A DNA stretch of 64,000 bases from a bacterium (GTDB lineage: Bacteria > UBA8248), in contig OZ244799.1 in assembly GCA_965219955.1 (NCBI GenBank), positions 3,648,001 through 3,712,000 on the forward strand, in the 5' to 3' direction. The notes beneath the pieces were generated by a model. That model had not been told where the DNA came from. It made no database searches and saw only the letters and a program-made list of their open reading frames with translations. Positions within the stretch are counted from its first letter, which is position 1. Each line of letters begins with the position of its first letter. Shown here one piece after another: positions 20,685 through 31,334 of the stretch. The position numbers and the translations under genes are program-made.

Positions 20685-21122
20685 ATGCCGAAAATGGATC
20701 ACATCGGTTACGCCGTGAGCAATCTGGATGAGAAGAAGAGCGTGATGGAGGATTTGCTGGGCTTCCGTTTTCAGGAGAGAAGGGTCTATGAGCGGCCCGG
20801 CAACACCGCCCGGCTCGATTTCTACGAGGCCGAAGGCGCGGTGATGGAGCTCGTGGAGATGAGCGACCCCGAGGCGCCGCTGAACCGGTTCATCGCCGCG
20901 CGCGGCGAGGGTCTGCACCACGTCTGTTTCGTCGTCGAGGATTTGAGGGCCACGATGGCCGAATGGGAAGCCAAGGGAGTCGAGTTCGTCCTCGCGCCCA
21001 CCTACGGGTCTCGCGGCGGGGTCATCACCTTCACGAACGCGGCCACCACGGGCGGCCTCGCGGTGGAGCTGGTGCAGTACATCCCCGAGGGGGAGGAGGT
21101 TCCCAACTGGGCGCAGAAGTAG
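20685..21122 (+). CDS. VOC family protein (methylmalonyl-CoA epimerase-like)
   Basis: DHIGYAV, MELVE, GEGLHHVCF, VELVQ metal-ligand pattern. Confidence 0.85.
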   Translation: MPKMDHIGYAVSNLDEKKSVMEDLLGFRFQERRVYERPGNTARLDFYEAEGAVMELVEMSDPEAPLNRFIAARGEGLHHVCFVVEDLRATMAEWEAKGVEFVLAPTYGSRGGVITFTNAATTGGLAVELVQYIPEGEEVPNWAQK

Positions 21123-21309
21123 GGAAGCGCGTTTCAGGAATATGCACCGACGCCCGGCGCGCCGTGCAAGTCGATTCGAAGGCGGGTGCGGGATGCAGTA
21201 ATTCCGTGGGGCGGCAGGGAAGGTGTTCTTCGTTTTTTCCTGCTCCCGGATGATGGCGGGGGTTTTCTTGAATAAATGGTTAAGCTTCACCGAAAGCCAC
21301 GTTTTCCAC

Positions 21310-21338
21310 TTGACAAGTCAGGTTCAATCCCCCACTAT
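21310..21338 (+). promoter_or_regulatory. Sigma70-type promoter with no downstream CDS
   Basis: TTGACA-17 nt-CACTAT. Confidence 0.55.
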
Positions 21339-21345
21339 TTTACCC

Positions 21346-21462
21346 GGCATACAATCCATGTGTGGTCGATCTCACGGGCTGCCCGCTGAATACAAGACGA
21401 CTCTTCCCGAGAGTTGAAATAGGCGGGAACCAACTTTTCTTCCAAAACGTGGATTGTATGCC
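21346..21462 (+). ncRNA. Candidate structured small RNA of unknown family
   Basis: 16-bp closing stem GGCATACAATCCATGT / ACGTGGATTGTATGCC starting at the predicted TSS; internal hairpins. Confidence 0.4.
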
Positions 21463-21900
21463 AACCAGCCCGGACTTCGTCCTTAGGCTTGAGTGAATCA
21501 ATCCGCGAGTGGAAGTGAGAGGATCGTATGGGTCAAGCGGCTTCATGATGAATTCAATTATCTAAAAAATGAAAAAAGCGGCTTAGGCAAACCAATATAC
21601 AGAATACGGATTGGTATCGTCAAATATTGATTGACTGTTCAATTAAGAACGGGGAGGAGGCGCAGAAGAGCCGATCGATCGGGCGTCGGCCGTGAATGAG
21701 GAAAGGGCATTTTCGGCACCGGAGTGAGAAAGGGAAAGTGGCGCGTGTCGTTTCACCGGTGTTCTTTCCGGAGGTCCTGTATTCTTGCGAACCGCCCCAT
21801 GCAGGCGATGAAGTTTTGTGGTTCAGGGGGCGGATGCGACGGCGATGGCGGGGCGAGTTTCAGGGGCGCGTTCGGAACGCACGGGAGAAGATGGAGAATT

Positions 21901-22181
21901 GGGGGTTACTCATTTGCCGTTTGACCTCATGGAGTCGCACTCATTTCTTGTCAGATTGAATCCTTCGACAGGGAATGTAAAGCGAATGAGTAACCCCCTT
22001 CCTGTTTCGGCATCCAGCCGGTGGAAAGCGGAAGTGAGTTGAAAAGAGGAATTCGAAACCTGCGGGAGGGGTGAAGAAATTGGGGGTTACTCATTTGCTG
22101 CTCAACCTCGTGGAGTAGTCAGTACCATTCTCTGTTCGAGTTGGGTCCTCTGGCAGGGAATGGGAAAAATGAGTAACCCCC
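21901..22181. repeat. Two ~100-bp related units, each bounded by 14-bp inverted repeats
   Basis: GGGGGTTACTCATT...AATGAGTAACCCCC at 21901-21998 and 22082-22181. Confidence 0.75.
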
Positions 22182-22462
22182 TCCTTCTTCTTTCGGCGAT
22201 TCGCCCCCGAGAGCAGGTTCAAGTTTGAGAAACGCTCACTTCGGCTATCCCGGGTCTTGGGAAGCATCCAGGCTATAGCCTCATCTTCTTTCTGATTGCA
22301 AGTTTCGATGTTAACCGCTTTCGTGGCGATCGGCAAGAAATTTATTGTTGTTTTTGCTCGACCTGAACGATGCGCCGGAATCCGCAGGGGTTTCAGGCGG
22401 ATTGCTGTGCGTTATGGTTTATCGGGTGGTGGGCGGTTCAAGAGGACGAATGCGCCCACTCT

Positions 22463-22651
22463 TCATCCGATGGGCGCTACGCCCAAATCCCTGCAAATCT
22501 TTTTGCATAGGAAATTACTTATTTCGGTGTGCCGGGGAATGGTGGAATACTTATTAAGCGCAGGATTATGCCACAAGGTATGTTTTTTGCCTTATCTAAG
22601 CTCTTCGCATCCGTTCTCGGAGAGATGTTTCAATAGTTCCCGTCGCTTCAT
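22463..22651 (-). pseudogene. hicA: HicA-family toxin with in-frame TAA at codon 20
   Basis: MKRRELLKHLSENGCEELR*GKKHTLWHNP...STIPRHTEI; ATGA overlap with hicB stop; not in ORF track. Confidence 0.85.
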
Positions 22652-22857
22652 ATGGTGATCAGTTCTCTTTCGAAATTTTCCCCTGGCGATTTGGCGGGAT
22701 CGATTTCCAGCATTTCCCGGAGGGAGATTGTGAGGGAATCCAGCAGTTCCTCTCTCGATGTCTCCTGGCAGTTGACTCCGGGAACCTCTTCAATCCATCC
22801 GATCCACCACTGCCCGTCTCTGCCGATAGTGGCCGTATACGTGGTTTTTTTCTTCAT
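22648..22857 (-). CDS. hicB: HicB-family antitoxin
   Basis: YTATI..DGQWWIGWIEEVPGVNCQETSREELL. Confidence 0.85.
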   Translation of the reverse strand: MKKKTTYTATIGRDGQWWIGWIEEVPGVNCQETSREELLDSLTISLREMLEIDPAKSPGENFERELITI

Positions 22858-23012
22858 GGCGATTCTCCCCGAGAATTCAACGCCGATACGAAGCCGACCG
22901 AACAATAGCGCCTGAATCCGCCGCCGCTTGGCGGGATGAAATCTCTCTTTGCTTATCAAAAGAAAGGGGAACCTCATAGGAGAGATTTATGGGAAAGAGC
23001 GCTCTCGCCCCT

Positions 23013-24020
23013 CTATGACGCCCCGTCATCCCCGCTGAAAAACGCGGCGATCTTCCCCAGCGACGCAGGGATGTCCACGTCCCACTGGCGGTTCGAGCCG
23101 CCGCCGGTGTGAGGCAGCAGGACGGCGCCCGGCAGCCCGATGAGCGGGCTGTCGGCGGGCAGGGGCTCATAGCGGTAGACGTCGAGCCCCGCCATGGCGA
23201 TTTCGCCCGCTCTGAGGGCTGCCGCGAGCGCCGCCTCATCGACGAGCGCGCCTCTTCCCACGTTGATGAGGGTGGCGCTCTTCTTCATGCGCGCGAGCTC
23301 AGCGGCGCCTATCATCCCCTCGCTCTCTTCTGTGTGCGGGAGGACGAGCACGAGATAGTCGACGCGCTCGAGCAGGTCGTCGAATGGCAGATACGCGGCC
23401 CGGTACTCCGCCTCGACATCCGGCGCGTGCCGCGTTCGCTGGTAGTAGAAGATCTCCATGTCGAAGGCCAGGCACCGCTTGGCGATGTCCATCCCGATGT
23501 CGCCCAGGCCGATGATCCCGGCGCTCTTGCCGAAAAGCTCCGCAACCCCCTCGATCTCCGGCCAGTTGGGCCGGATGTTCCACTGGCTGGTGGCGACGGG
23601 TTCCAGCCCCATCTCGCGGTAGACGCCCGCCTCGACCGCCTTCTGGCCCGGAATCGTCTTGCGCTCGCAGCAGAGCATGAGGGTCAGCGCCTGCTCGGCC
23701 ACCGTGGCGTTTCGCATGAGCGACTGCGTGCCGACGGGGATCCCGCGCTCGCGCGCCGCGGCCGCGTCGATGTTCTTGCAGTTCAGCCCGTGTTTCTGGA
23801 TGTATCTGAGCTTGCCCGCCGCCTGGATGACCGAAGCCGGGAGCGCCGCCTTGTAGCAGAGGACCGCCTCGGCCTCGGGCGCGAGGGCCAGAAGAGCGTC
23901 TTCATCTGCGCTGTCGGGTGCCGTGATCTCGAAGGGCGCCGCGGCTGCGTTCGCCTTGACCCGGCTCAGAAAACGGCCCGACGCCCCGTCGGTGACGAGC
24001 AGGCGTATTTTGTCGCTCAT
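23013..24020 (-). CDS. D-isomer-specific 2-hydroxyacid dehydrogenase
   Basis: GLGDIG, INVGRGALVDE, GLDVY..EP, LPHTGG. Confidence 0.9.
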   Translation of the reverse strand: MSDKIRLLVTDGASGRFLSRVKANAAAAPFEITAPDSADEDALLALAPEAEAVLCYKAALPASVIQAAGKLRYIQKHGLNCKNIDAAAARERGIPVGTQSLMRNATVAEQALTLMLCCERKTIPGQKAVEAGVYREMGLEPVATSQWNIRPNWPEIEGVAELFGKSAGIIGLGDIGMDIAKRCLAFDMEIFYYQRTRHAPDVEAEYRAAYLPFDDLLERVDYLVLVLPHTEESEGMIGAAELARMKKSATLINVGRGALVDEAALAAALRAGEIAMAGLDVYRYEPLPADSPLIGLPGAVLLPHTGGGSNRQWDVDIPASLGKIAAFFSGDDGAS

Positions 24021-24070
24021 GCTTTCTCCTTGCGCGGTATGTCAAACGATAGATTCAAGCGTGGTTTTCT

Positions 24071-24511
24071 CTAGCGTTGATATTTAATGAACGGGGTGAG
24101 CGTTGCCACCCGATCATAGAGCACCCGGGCCGTCTCGTTGAAGTCCTGCGTGAGCCAGTAAACCGACGGCGCCCCCCTGCTGTCGGCCGCCTCGTAAACC
24201 GCTTCGATCAGGGCGCGGCCTACGCCCGCGCCGCGAAAGGCGGGATCGGTGTAGAGGTCCTGGAGATAGCACACGTCCTCGATCCGCCAGTTGTGCGGGT
24301 GGAAAATGTAATGGACCAGGCCCGCCGCCTGCCCGTCCTTGAGCGCGATCAGTCCGTTCTGCTGCTCGCGGGCCGGATCCGACAGGCGGGCGAAGGTGGT
24401 CCGGTAGACCTCTTCGGGTACGCCGGACTCGTAGAACTCCAGGTAGGCGGTCCACAGGCGGCGCCAGTCGGATTCGTCGCCGGCGGTCATGGGGCGAATG
24501 GTCAGCGTCAT
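24071..24511 (-). CDS. GNAT family N-acetyltransferase
   Basis: CYLQDLY, RGAGVGRALI, VYWLTQ..N..AR.LYD. Confidence 0.9.
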   Translation of the reverse strand: MTLTIRPMTAGDESDWRRLWTAYLEFYESGVPEEVYRTTFARLSDPAREQQNGLIALKDGQAAGLVHYIFHPHNWRIEDVCYLQDLYTDPAFRGAGVGRALIEAVYEAADSRGAPSVYWLTQDFNETARVLYDRVATLTPFIKYQR

Positions 24512-24688
24512 GAAAACCTCTCGTGCTGGTTCGGAATGTGCGGCAGGGAATTGTACGTTTCGGACTGCGCCAGTCAAGCGCCCGGACTTTCAGGCTCTTC
24601 CGCCCCGCGGCTGCGATAGAGGCGGTAGCAGGGACAGGCCGCGGCCCCGGACGGGCACGGGGCCTTTGGGACAGCCCCGAGAACGTCC

Positions 24689-25111
24689 CTACGGACTCTC
24701 CACCAGCTTTTTCAGGTTCGCCAGTTCCACGATGTTCTCTTCCGTACCGCCCCGGTGCAGGGTCTGGTCCTCGTAAGCCTCGTTGTCCACGGTGTGCAGA
24801 ACGTGGGTGACGCCGCCCACCTGCTCGAAGCGGTAGGTGATGACCTGCGCGGGCTTCTCGCTCCCGCCGACGTAGTTCTCCCAGACGATTTTCGAGTGTG
24901 GCTCCCAGACGGTGATCACCGAGTCGCACTCGGGCCTGTCGTGAAAGACCTGGTGGAACCGGGTGCCCGCTCCCTGGTGGCCTCCGGGTGAGGTGATCGT
25001 CACCTCCTTGGAGAAGGGCGCTATCTGCGGGTGGGTCTCCACGTTGCCGACGAACGCGAAGACTTGATCGACGGGAGCGCGGACCTGTTCCAGGACGACG
25101 ACTTGCGGCAT
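24689..25111 (-). CDS. SRPBCC family protein
   Basis: RAPVDQVFAFV, GAGTRF, C-terminal LANLKKLVE helix. Confidence 0.8.
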   Translation of the reverse strand: MPQVVVLEQVRAPVDQVFAFVGNVETHPQIAPFSKEVTITSPGGHQGAGTRFHQVFHDRPECDSVITVWEPHSKIVWENYVGGSEKPAQVITYRFEQVGGVTHVLHTVDNEAYEDQTLHRGGTEENIVELANLKKLVESP

Positions 25112-25167
25112 CGGTTCTTACCTCCATGTGCTGACCGGCCCGCGTTTCAGACGGGCCGGGGCTTCGC

Positions 25168-26082
25168 TTAACCCGGAATGACGGTTTCCTGGCCCATCCG
25201 GCTCGTCGGGCGCCAGCGCAGGGCGCGCCCCTCGGCCCAGTTCAGTATCTGGTTCACCATGATGACCAGGATCATGAGCAGGAAGATGATCAGGATGAGG
25301 CCCGTGGTGTAGTACTCGTTGTTGTAGCGCTGGAGCAAGTAGCCGAGCCCCTTGTCGGCGATGATGTATTCGCCGACGATCGCGCCCACCATGCCGAACG
25401 GGATGCTGATCTTGAGGCCGTTGAAGATCCACGGCGAGGCGGAGGGAATCACGATCTTGCGCAGGATGGCGAGCTTGCTTCCGCCCAGGACGCGCGAGAC
25501 GTTGATGAGGTCCCGGCTCACGCCGCGGATGCCCGCAAAGGTGCTCACGAAAGTCAGGAAGAACACGATGGTCATCACCAGGATGATCTTGGGCTGCCGC
25601 TCGATGCCGAACCACGCGATGAACAAGGGCGCGTACGCGATGCGCGGAACCCCGTTGAAAGCCATGATGAACGGCTCGATGACCAGGGCCACGACCTCGA
25701 TTTCCGCCAGCAGGAAGCCGAAGAGGATCCCGGCCAGGGCGCCGAGGAGATAGCCCCAGAAGGTGTTTTCCACCGTGTAGGAGAAATGAACCCACAAGGA
25801 GCCGTCCGGGTTGGCCGGGTCCGAGATCTCGAAGAAAGACGTCACGAGCAGGCTCGGGCTGGAGATGGTGCGGTGGTCGATGAGACGGCCCGAAACGGCT
25901 TCCCACAGCACGATCATGATCACGCCGAAGATAACGCGCAGGGCCGCCACGCGCACCCAGCGGAGTTCCTCGGCGTTCTTCACCCGCCACCACAGCAGGC
26001 GCAGCCCCGTTACTTCCGGAGGGAGGAGGAGGTCCAGTTCCTCGGGCGGTGCGGATTTGATTTCGTCGGTCTGTGCCATCAC
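25168..26082 (-). CDS. ABC transporter permease (NitT/TauT type)
   Basis: [12 protein letters not shown]-like loop, GAIVGEY. Confidence 0.9.
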   Translation of the reverse strand: MMAQTDEIKSAPPEELDLLLPPEVTGLRLLWWRVKNAEELRWVRVAALRVIFGVIMIVLWEAVSGRLIDHRTISSPSLLVTSFFEISDPANPDGSLWVHFSYTVENTFWGYLLGALAGILFGFLLAEIEVVALVIEPFIMAFNGVPRIAYAPLFIAWFGIERQPKIILVMTIVFFLTFVSTFAGIRGVSRDLINVSRVLGGSKLAILRKIVIPSASPWIFNGLKISIPFGMVGAIVGEYIIADKGLGYLLQRYNNEYYTTGLILIIFLLMILVIMVNQILNWAEGRALRWRPTSRMGQETVIPG

Positions 26083-26858
26083 ATCACCTTTGCCACTTCG
26101 TCTCGGAGTTCTTCCCAGAGCTTGTCGTAGATCTCGCGGTAGGCCTGCGAGTCATGGATATGGTAGACGTCGCGCGGGCGGGGGATCGTCACGGGGGTGA
26201 CGCTCTTGATGGTTCCGGGCCGGCCCGTCATCACGACCACCCTATCGGCCAGCGTGATGGCTTCGGCCAGGTCGTGCGTGATGAAGACGATGGTCTTGCG
26301 CTCCTCGCGCCAGAGCTCGAGCAGCTGGTTCTGGAGCGTCAGGCGGGTCTGGGCGTCCAGGGGGCCGAAGGGTTCATCCATCAGGATGACGCGTGGGTCG
26401 CATATCAGGGTGCGGATGATGTTCACGCGCTGGCGCATGCCGCCTGAGAGTTCATGGGGGTAGTGGTTCTCGAAGCCCGAGAGGCCCACCTTGTCGATCA
26501 GGGCCTGCACGCGCTCGGCGACGCCGTTCGAGACGGACACCCCGCGGAACTCCAGGGGGAGCAGCACGTTCTTGCGCAGGGTCCGCCAGGGAAGCAGGTT
26601 GTCCTGCTGGGTCACGTAGCCGATCTCGGGGTTCAGCCCGCTGGTGCGCTCTCCCCGGAAATGCACCTGCCCGCTGCTGGGGGGGAAGAGCCCGGCCAGG
26701 ATGTTCAGCAGGGTGCTCTTGCCGCACCCGCTCGGCCCCACGATGGTCACGAACTCCCCCTCGCCCACGTCGAGGTTCACGTCGGACATCGCGTGGACGA
26801 TGGTCCCCCGCGAGAGGAACCGCTTGCCGACCTGCCGGATGGACAAAGACGCCGTCAC
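26079..26858 (-). CDS. ABC transporter ATP-binding protein (NitT/TauT type)
   Basis: [25 protein letters not shown]. Confidence 0.95.
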   Translation of the reverse strand: MTASLSIRQVGKRFLSRGTIVHAMSDVNLDVGEGEFVTIVGPSGCGKSTLLNILAGLFPPSSGQVHFRGERTSGLNPEIGYVTQQDNLLPWRTLRKNVLLPLEFRGVSVSNGVAERVQALIDKVGLSGFENHYPHELSGGMRQRVNIIRTLICDPRVILMDEPFGPLDAQTRLTLQNQLLELWREERKTIVFITHDLAEAITLADRVVVMTGRPGTIKSVTPVTIPRPRDVYHIHDSQAYREIYDKLWEELRDEVAKVM

Positions 26859-26907
26859 GTAATCATGCTCCCTGAACTCCTCCGGCCGGAGCGTTCACGC
26901 CCCGGCG

Positions 26908-27181
26908 GTGCTGTTGAAGAATCCTGCAATGGCGAGCAAAAACACACCTTCCTTTAGTTTTTTCACTCCCCCCTGGAGGGGGAGTCAGTGAGCTAAGGGC
27001 GCAAGCCCGCAAGCGAACTGGTGGGGGGATAATTCGGAATGACAATAAAACGCATTTCCCCCCCACCGAGTCAGCCTTCACCTGTCGGTTCGGCTTCCTC
27101 GACTCCCCCTCCAGGGGGGAGTGAACATCAAAAGCGTTCGCTCAACCAAAATCGCTCCACAGGACTTATCCAACAGCCCCC
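26908..27181. repeat. TIR-bounded TCACTCCCCC...GGGGGAGTGA palindrome module inside the ABC operon
   Basis: GCTGTTGAAGAA / TTATCCAACAGC ends; reverse-complement relative at 30382-30566. Confidence 0.7.
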
Positions 27182-27223
27182 CTCACGAGAGGGAGGCTGC
27201 ACAGAATCTACAGAAAATCCCGC

Positions 27224-28246
27224 CTACTTCAAAAACTCGTCCGTCCACACGTCGCTGCGCTTGACGCTCTTCAGGTTCTTGAGCTTGCCGCCGCTCTTCA
27301 TGATGTTGAACGTGGTCTGGACGGCCTCGTCGGTCATCTTGCCGGTCGGGTTGACCGCGCCCTTCACCGTGGCGACCGAGATGCGAAGCGCCTCGGGCGT
27401 GACGCGCGTGCCGAAGAACGGCGTCATGTCCTTGGTGAGCTGCTCGACGGAGGTCTTCTGGATGTAGTTCTGGGACTTCATGACCGCCCGCGCCATCCGC
27501 TTCACGAGGCCGGGGCGCTCCTTTATGAGCTTGGGCGTGGTCATGACGGCCGTCATCATGAACTCCTTGATGGCCTTGTCCTCGCCGGCCGCCCAGTTCA
27601 CGAACCACATGCCGAGCCCCTCGCTGAGCATGCGCTCGGGGTGGGGCGTGGAGATGGTGAAGATGTCGATCTTGCGGTTCTTGAAGGCCGGCAGCATGGT
27701 GCCGCCGCCGCCCACGGCGAGGATGCGCACGTCCGCGGGAACCTTCATCCCCGCGCGGCCCAGCAGGTTGCGGGCGAGCACGTCGGTGAGGGCGCCCGGC
27801 CGCGTCACGCCTACCTTCAAGCCCTTCGCGCGTTTGACCTTCTCCATGAGCGGCATGCCGTCCTTGATGCCCGCCTTCTTGGCGGCGTCCTTGTGGATGA
27901 CCATGCCGATGATGTTGCGCCTGAGCAGGTCCACGAAGCCGATGGCCCGCTTGCCGGAGTTGAGCGCGTTCAGCTGGTAGGTGCCGGGGCTGGCGGTGAA
28001 CTCCGCCTTGCCCGCCAGGACGGCCGTCAGGTGCGGTCCGCCGCCCGCGGTGGCCTTCACGTCCAGGGTGAGGCCCTCTTCCTTGAAGAATCCTTTTATC
28101 CTTCCCACGTAGATCGGGAAGAAGCTCAGGCTGTCCACCGGCTGGGTGAGGATGACCTTGTCGGCGGCGGGCGCGGCGCCCGTGAGCGTGAGCGAAAGCG
28201 CGAGAGCGCCGATTACCGGGAGAATTCGTGTCCATTTACGCCACAT
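27224..28246 (-). CDS. ABC transporter substrate-binding protein (NMT1/THI5-like)
   Basis: Signal peptide, KGFFKEEGL, VGVTRPGALT; upstream of ATPase and permease. Confidence 0.9.
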   Translation of the reverse strand: MWRKWTRILPVIGALALSLTLTGAAPAADKVILTQPVDSLSFFPIYVGRIKGFFKEEGLTLDVKATAGGGPHLTAVLAGKAEFTASPGTYQLNALNSGKRAIGFVDLLRRNIIGMVIHKDAAKKAGIKDGMPLMEKVKRAKGLKVGVTRPGALTDVLARNLLGRAGMKVPADVRILAVGGGGTMLPAFKNRKIDIFTISTPHPERMLSEGLGMWFVNWAAGEDKAIKEFMMTAVMTTPKLIKERPGLVKRMARAVMKSQNYIQKTSVEQLTKDMTPFFGTRVTPEALRISVATVKGAVNPTGKMTDEAVQTTFNIMKSGGKLKNLKSVKRSDVWTDEFLK

Positions 28247-28476
28247 GAAATTGCTCCTTTTACGAATTGGAGGATTGGTTCCAGGGACGTTCGCGTCCCT
28301 GCAATACAGGTCGTCTGAATCTGTTTTGTGGGGAGTTTATAGCATGGCCGATTCCCGACCGCAATTCAGAACGCGCCCCCGCGATCTTGCGCCGGGACGG
28401 CGGTTTGGCGCGACCGATGGAGGAGCGTTTGCGCCTTTTGCAGGGGACAATCCCTCCTCAGGATTGTCCACGCATA

Positions 28477-28845
28477 CGGGGTTGTTGAAAATACCTTTCT
28501 CAAGGAGATCCATCGAAAACTCCCTTGAGGGGAGAGAATCCCGATCATCGAATTGTTCACCGTAGGGACAGGCCTCTGTGCCTGTCCTAACGAAGGACAA
28601 CCACGGAGGGTTGTCCCTACAAAACCATCACGAAGGTTTTTCAACAACCCCCTCAAGGGGGAGTGAATACCCTCTCTCCTCGCTTGGAATAAAGGTCGTC
28701 ATTCCGGCGAAAGCCGGAATCCATTCTAAAGCAGAATGATGATACCCCGGCTTTTCATCTCATCGTCGTTGGAGGGAATCATTCAGAAAATAAAAGACAA
28801 AAGCGAAACCAAATGGATTCCGGCTCAAGGCCGGAATGACGGCAA
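28477..28845. repeat. Composite REP/MITE cluster
   Basis: TIR pair 28477-28651 around a GTAGGGACA..TGTCCCTAC REP; GTCATTCCGG inverted pair 28697-28841. Confidence 0.7.
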
Positions 28846-28897
28846 TCGGCAATCCCGGCGAGGGAGCCGGGCGCGAAGGACGCCGGAGACCCCCCCC

Positions 28898-30256
28898 TCA
28901 CGCCTTCTTGAAGCGCCGGCCGTACATCGTGCGCCCGTAGAAGTTGAACCACTTCCTGGCTTCGGTGTCGCGGAACGGGTAGTCCGCGCCCATCTGCCTC
29001 GCCGCGGCGAGGCCCGTGACGAAGCAGGTCTCCTGGCTGTTGATGAGCGTGTGGGCGCCGCAGTGCCAGGTCCGCCGCCTCCCCTGCGCGAAGCGGAACA
29101 TGGGCATGAGCAGGGCCACGTGGCGCACGTCGTGCACGATGTGCTGGAACCACCACCGCTTGACGATCTTCGCCTCGTCGATAGGGCTGACGGGGTTGTA
29201 CGTCACCAGGCACGGCTTGTCGGAGCGCTTCGCCCAGGGCTGCTGGTTGTGCATGATGTAGGTGATCTCGTAGTTGTCGGGCCGCGCGCCGTACTGCTCG
29301 ATGTGGTTGCTGCGGGTTTCGAGCGCGCGGACGCCGCTCACCGGCAGCACCGAGGCGTCCGAATGGACGACCGTGTGGTTGTGCAGTTCGCTCTCGTAGC
29401 GGATCGAGGAGAGGAGCCAGCTCTCGAAGCGGGTCGGCGCGTCCAGCATCATCAGCGTCTGGTTCGCGTTGCAGGCGAAGACGACGTCGTCGAACGTCTC
29501 AGCCTCACCCTCCTCATCCTCCACGACGACCTCGGCTGCGCCCCGGCGCACCTTCCGCACCGGCCGGCTAAGATAGATCTTCTCCCGGAAATCCGCCGAG
29601 AGCGCCTCGTAGATGCGCCGCGTGCCGCGCTCCCAGGTCTGCATCGGCGTGGCGGATTCGATGTCGAAGAACTCCAGGTACCGCGAGAACAGGGACGCGG
29701 GCATGTCGAACACGTTCGTCGCCATCAGGAAGTTCACGAACATGGGCTTGAGTATCTTGTACCTGAAATCGCCGGAAAACCCGCCCAGGTTCAGAACCGC
29801 GCCCATGCTGACGTAGTTGAACGGGTTGAGCGCCGCCAGGAGTCTCGAGCGCGAGCGGCTGAGCGCGCCGAACCACTTGAGGCGTCTTAAGACTTTCTGG
29901 AACTTCTCGATTTCAGGCTGAAGCTGCCTGCGGATGTCCGAATCGAAATCGTGCGCGTAGACGCCGCCGCGGTACTTCACGCTGTAGCTGAAGCGGGTGT
30001 CGAGCAGCTCGATTCCGTAGCTTTGCATGAGCAGGAGGATGTGGTGGTACACCTTCGGGATGCAGGCGGTGACGGAGATGTCGAAGGGGATGGAGGAGCC
30101 GTCTTCCTGGGGCATGTCGGCGGTGACGGCGTTGCCGCCCACCTGGGCCTGCGCCTCGTACACGCGGAAATCGAACCGCTCGGGATGGCGGTTCAGCGCC
30201 CAGGCCGCCCCCAGGCCCGAAACCCCCGCACCGATGATGGCGACTCTTCTCGGCAT
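28898..30256 (-). CDS. FAD-dependent oxidoreductase (COG2907/amine-oxidase-like)
   Basis: VAIIGAGVSG, EA..QVGG, QGRRRTWHCGA; probable start MPRRV. Confidence 0.85.
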   Translation of the reverse strand: MPRRVAIIGAGVSGLGAAWALNRHPERFDFRVYEAQAQVGGNAVTADMPQEDGSSIPFDISVTACIPKVYHHILLLMQSYGIELLDTRFSYSVKYRGGVYAHDFDSDIRRQLQPEIEKFQKVLRRLKWFGALSRSRSRLLAALNPFNYVSMGAVLNLGGFSGDFRYKILKPMFVNFLMATNVFDMPASLFSRYLEFFDIESATPMQTWERGTRRIYEALSADFREKIYLSRPVRKVRRGAAEVVVEDEEGEAETFDDVVFACNANQTLMMLDAPTRFESWLLSSIRYESELHNHTVVHSDASVLPVSGVRALETRSNHIEQYGARPDNYEITYIMHNQQPWAKRSDKPCLVTYNPVSPIDEAKIVKRWWFQHIVHDVRHVALLMPMFRFAQGRRRTWHCGAHTLINSQETCFVTGLAAARQMGADYPFRDTEARKWFNFYGRTMYGRRFKKA

Positions 30257-30351
30257 GGCCCCCGCTCGCTGGTAGGGAAGAAAGATGGGGATAAGGATAA
30301 ACGTGAATGGGTGAGGAGGGAAGTGGGTCAAACGCGATTGACCCTGACAAG

Positions 30352-30570
30352 GGTCTGTTGAAAAAGCCCTAGGAGAGGGGAATCACTCCCCCCTTGAGGG
30401 GGAGTCGAAGAGGCCGAGCGTTTTTTGCGAAGGCCGATTCGGTGGGGGGTGAAATGTGTTTATCGCCATCCGAATTATCCCCCCCACCAGTTCGCTTGCG
30501 GGCTTGCGCCCTTAGCTCACTGTCTGGCTTTCCCCTCGGGAAGCCAGACCCTCAAGGGGGGAGTGATTCA
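30352..30570. repeat. Repeat module with single left TIR
   Basis: GGGTCTGTTGAAAAAG then TCACTCCCCCTTGAGGGGGAGT...CCCTCAAGGGGGGAGTGA. Confidence 0.65.
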
Positions 30571-30907
30571 GAACCCTCGTTCCTCGTTCGGGGGCTGATC
30601 GCAAACATCAAATATATTCACGCCTTTTAGATAAAATCCCGTGAATGAGGGGCATATTTCGGGGTCTATTCACGGGAAATCGATGTTTTGGCGTGAATGG
30701 GATGGTTCTTGTAATCCAACGCCGCCCGCCGCCGGACCATCCCCGCGTTTCGCGAGAAGGGGGTGTGGAAGATCGGGGAGGGGGAGTCGATCAGGGAGTG
30801 ACCTCTGCGTGGGGTGCGCCGTCTTCCTGTGGCATATCGGCGAAGCCGAACCTTCCTGCAACCCACAACGGAAAGCAGATAAGGAAAATACAACTGGGGA
30901 GCGTTGC

Positions 30908-31114
30908 TTAATAGATTTTCCCGGACGCCACCTCTTTTTCGATGAAAGCATCCAACGGCGCCGTGCTTTTCAGCTTCAGGCATTCGCGCAGGATGCCGAA
31001 TTGCGCCGGGCCGACCATGATGTCAAGCCCTTGCGGAATCCCGCCGAAGACCTTCTCCCATTCTTCCGTTATCTCCAGTTCCTCACGAGCTTGTTCTACG
31101 GTCAAAGGTATCAT
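30908..31114 (-). CDS. Small hypothetical protein (68 aa)
   Basis: ATG overlaps the stop of an upstream gene fragment (ATGA); natural-looking composition. Confidence 0.5.
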   Translation of the reverse strand: MIPLTVEQAREELEITEEWEKVFGGIPQGLDIMVGPAQFGILRECLKLKSTAPLDAFIEKEVASGKIY

Positions 31115-31334
31115 GGGGCTCCCTCCGCAATATCGCGCAGCACGCGAATCGTCGCCTTGTTCATTTCGGGCAGCATCTTCTCCACGACGCGGCGCGCGAA
31201 TGCGCCCGTCCCCGTCGCCGAGACGACGTCGGCATTTTAGCTGATCGACGCCTGCCCGCAATATAGGGCGCGAAGACAAGCCTTGCCTACCCTCTCACTA
31301 TCTCCACCTCATGCTCCCCCTCCGAGTCCGGCCA

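Noticed and set aside
21346-21462. Retron msr/msd (terminal inverted repeats)
   Set aside because: No reverse transcriptase in the window.
21340-21546. 68-aa minus-strand ORF
   Set aside because: No RBS or recognisable motif; overlaps the structured element.
21583-21625. GGCAAACC...GGT resembling a c-di-GMP-I riboswitch
   Set aside because: No GAAA tetraloop or second stem, and no downstream gene.
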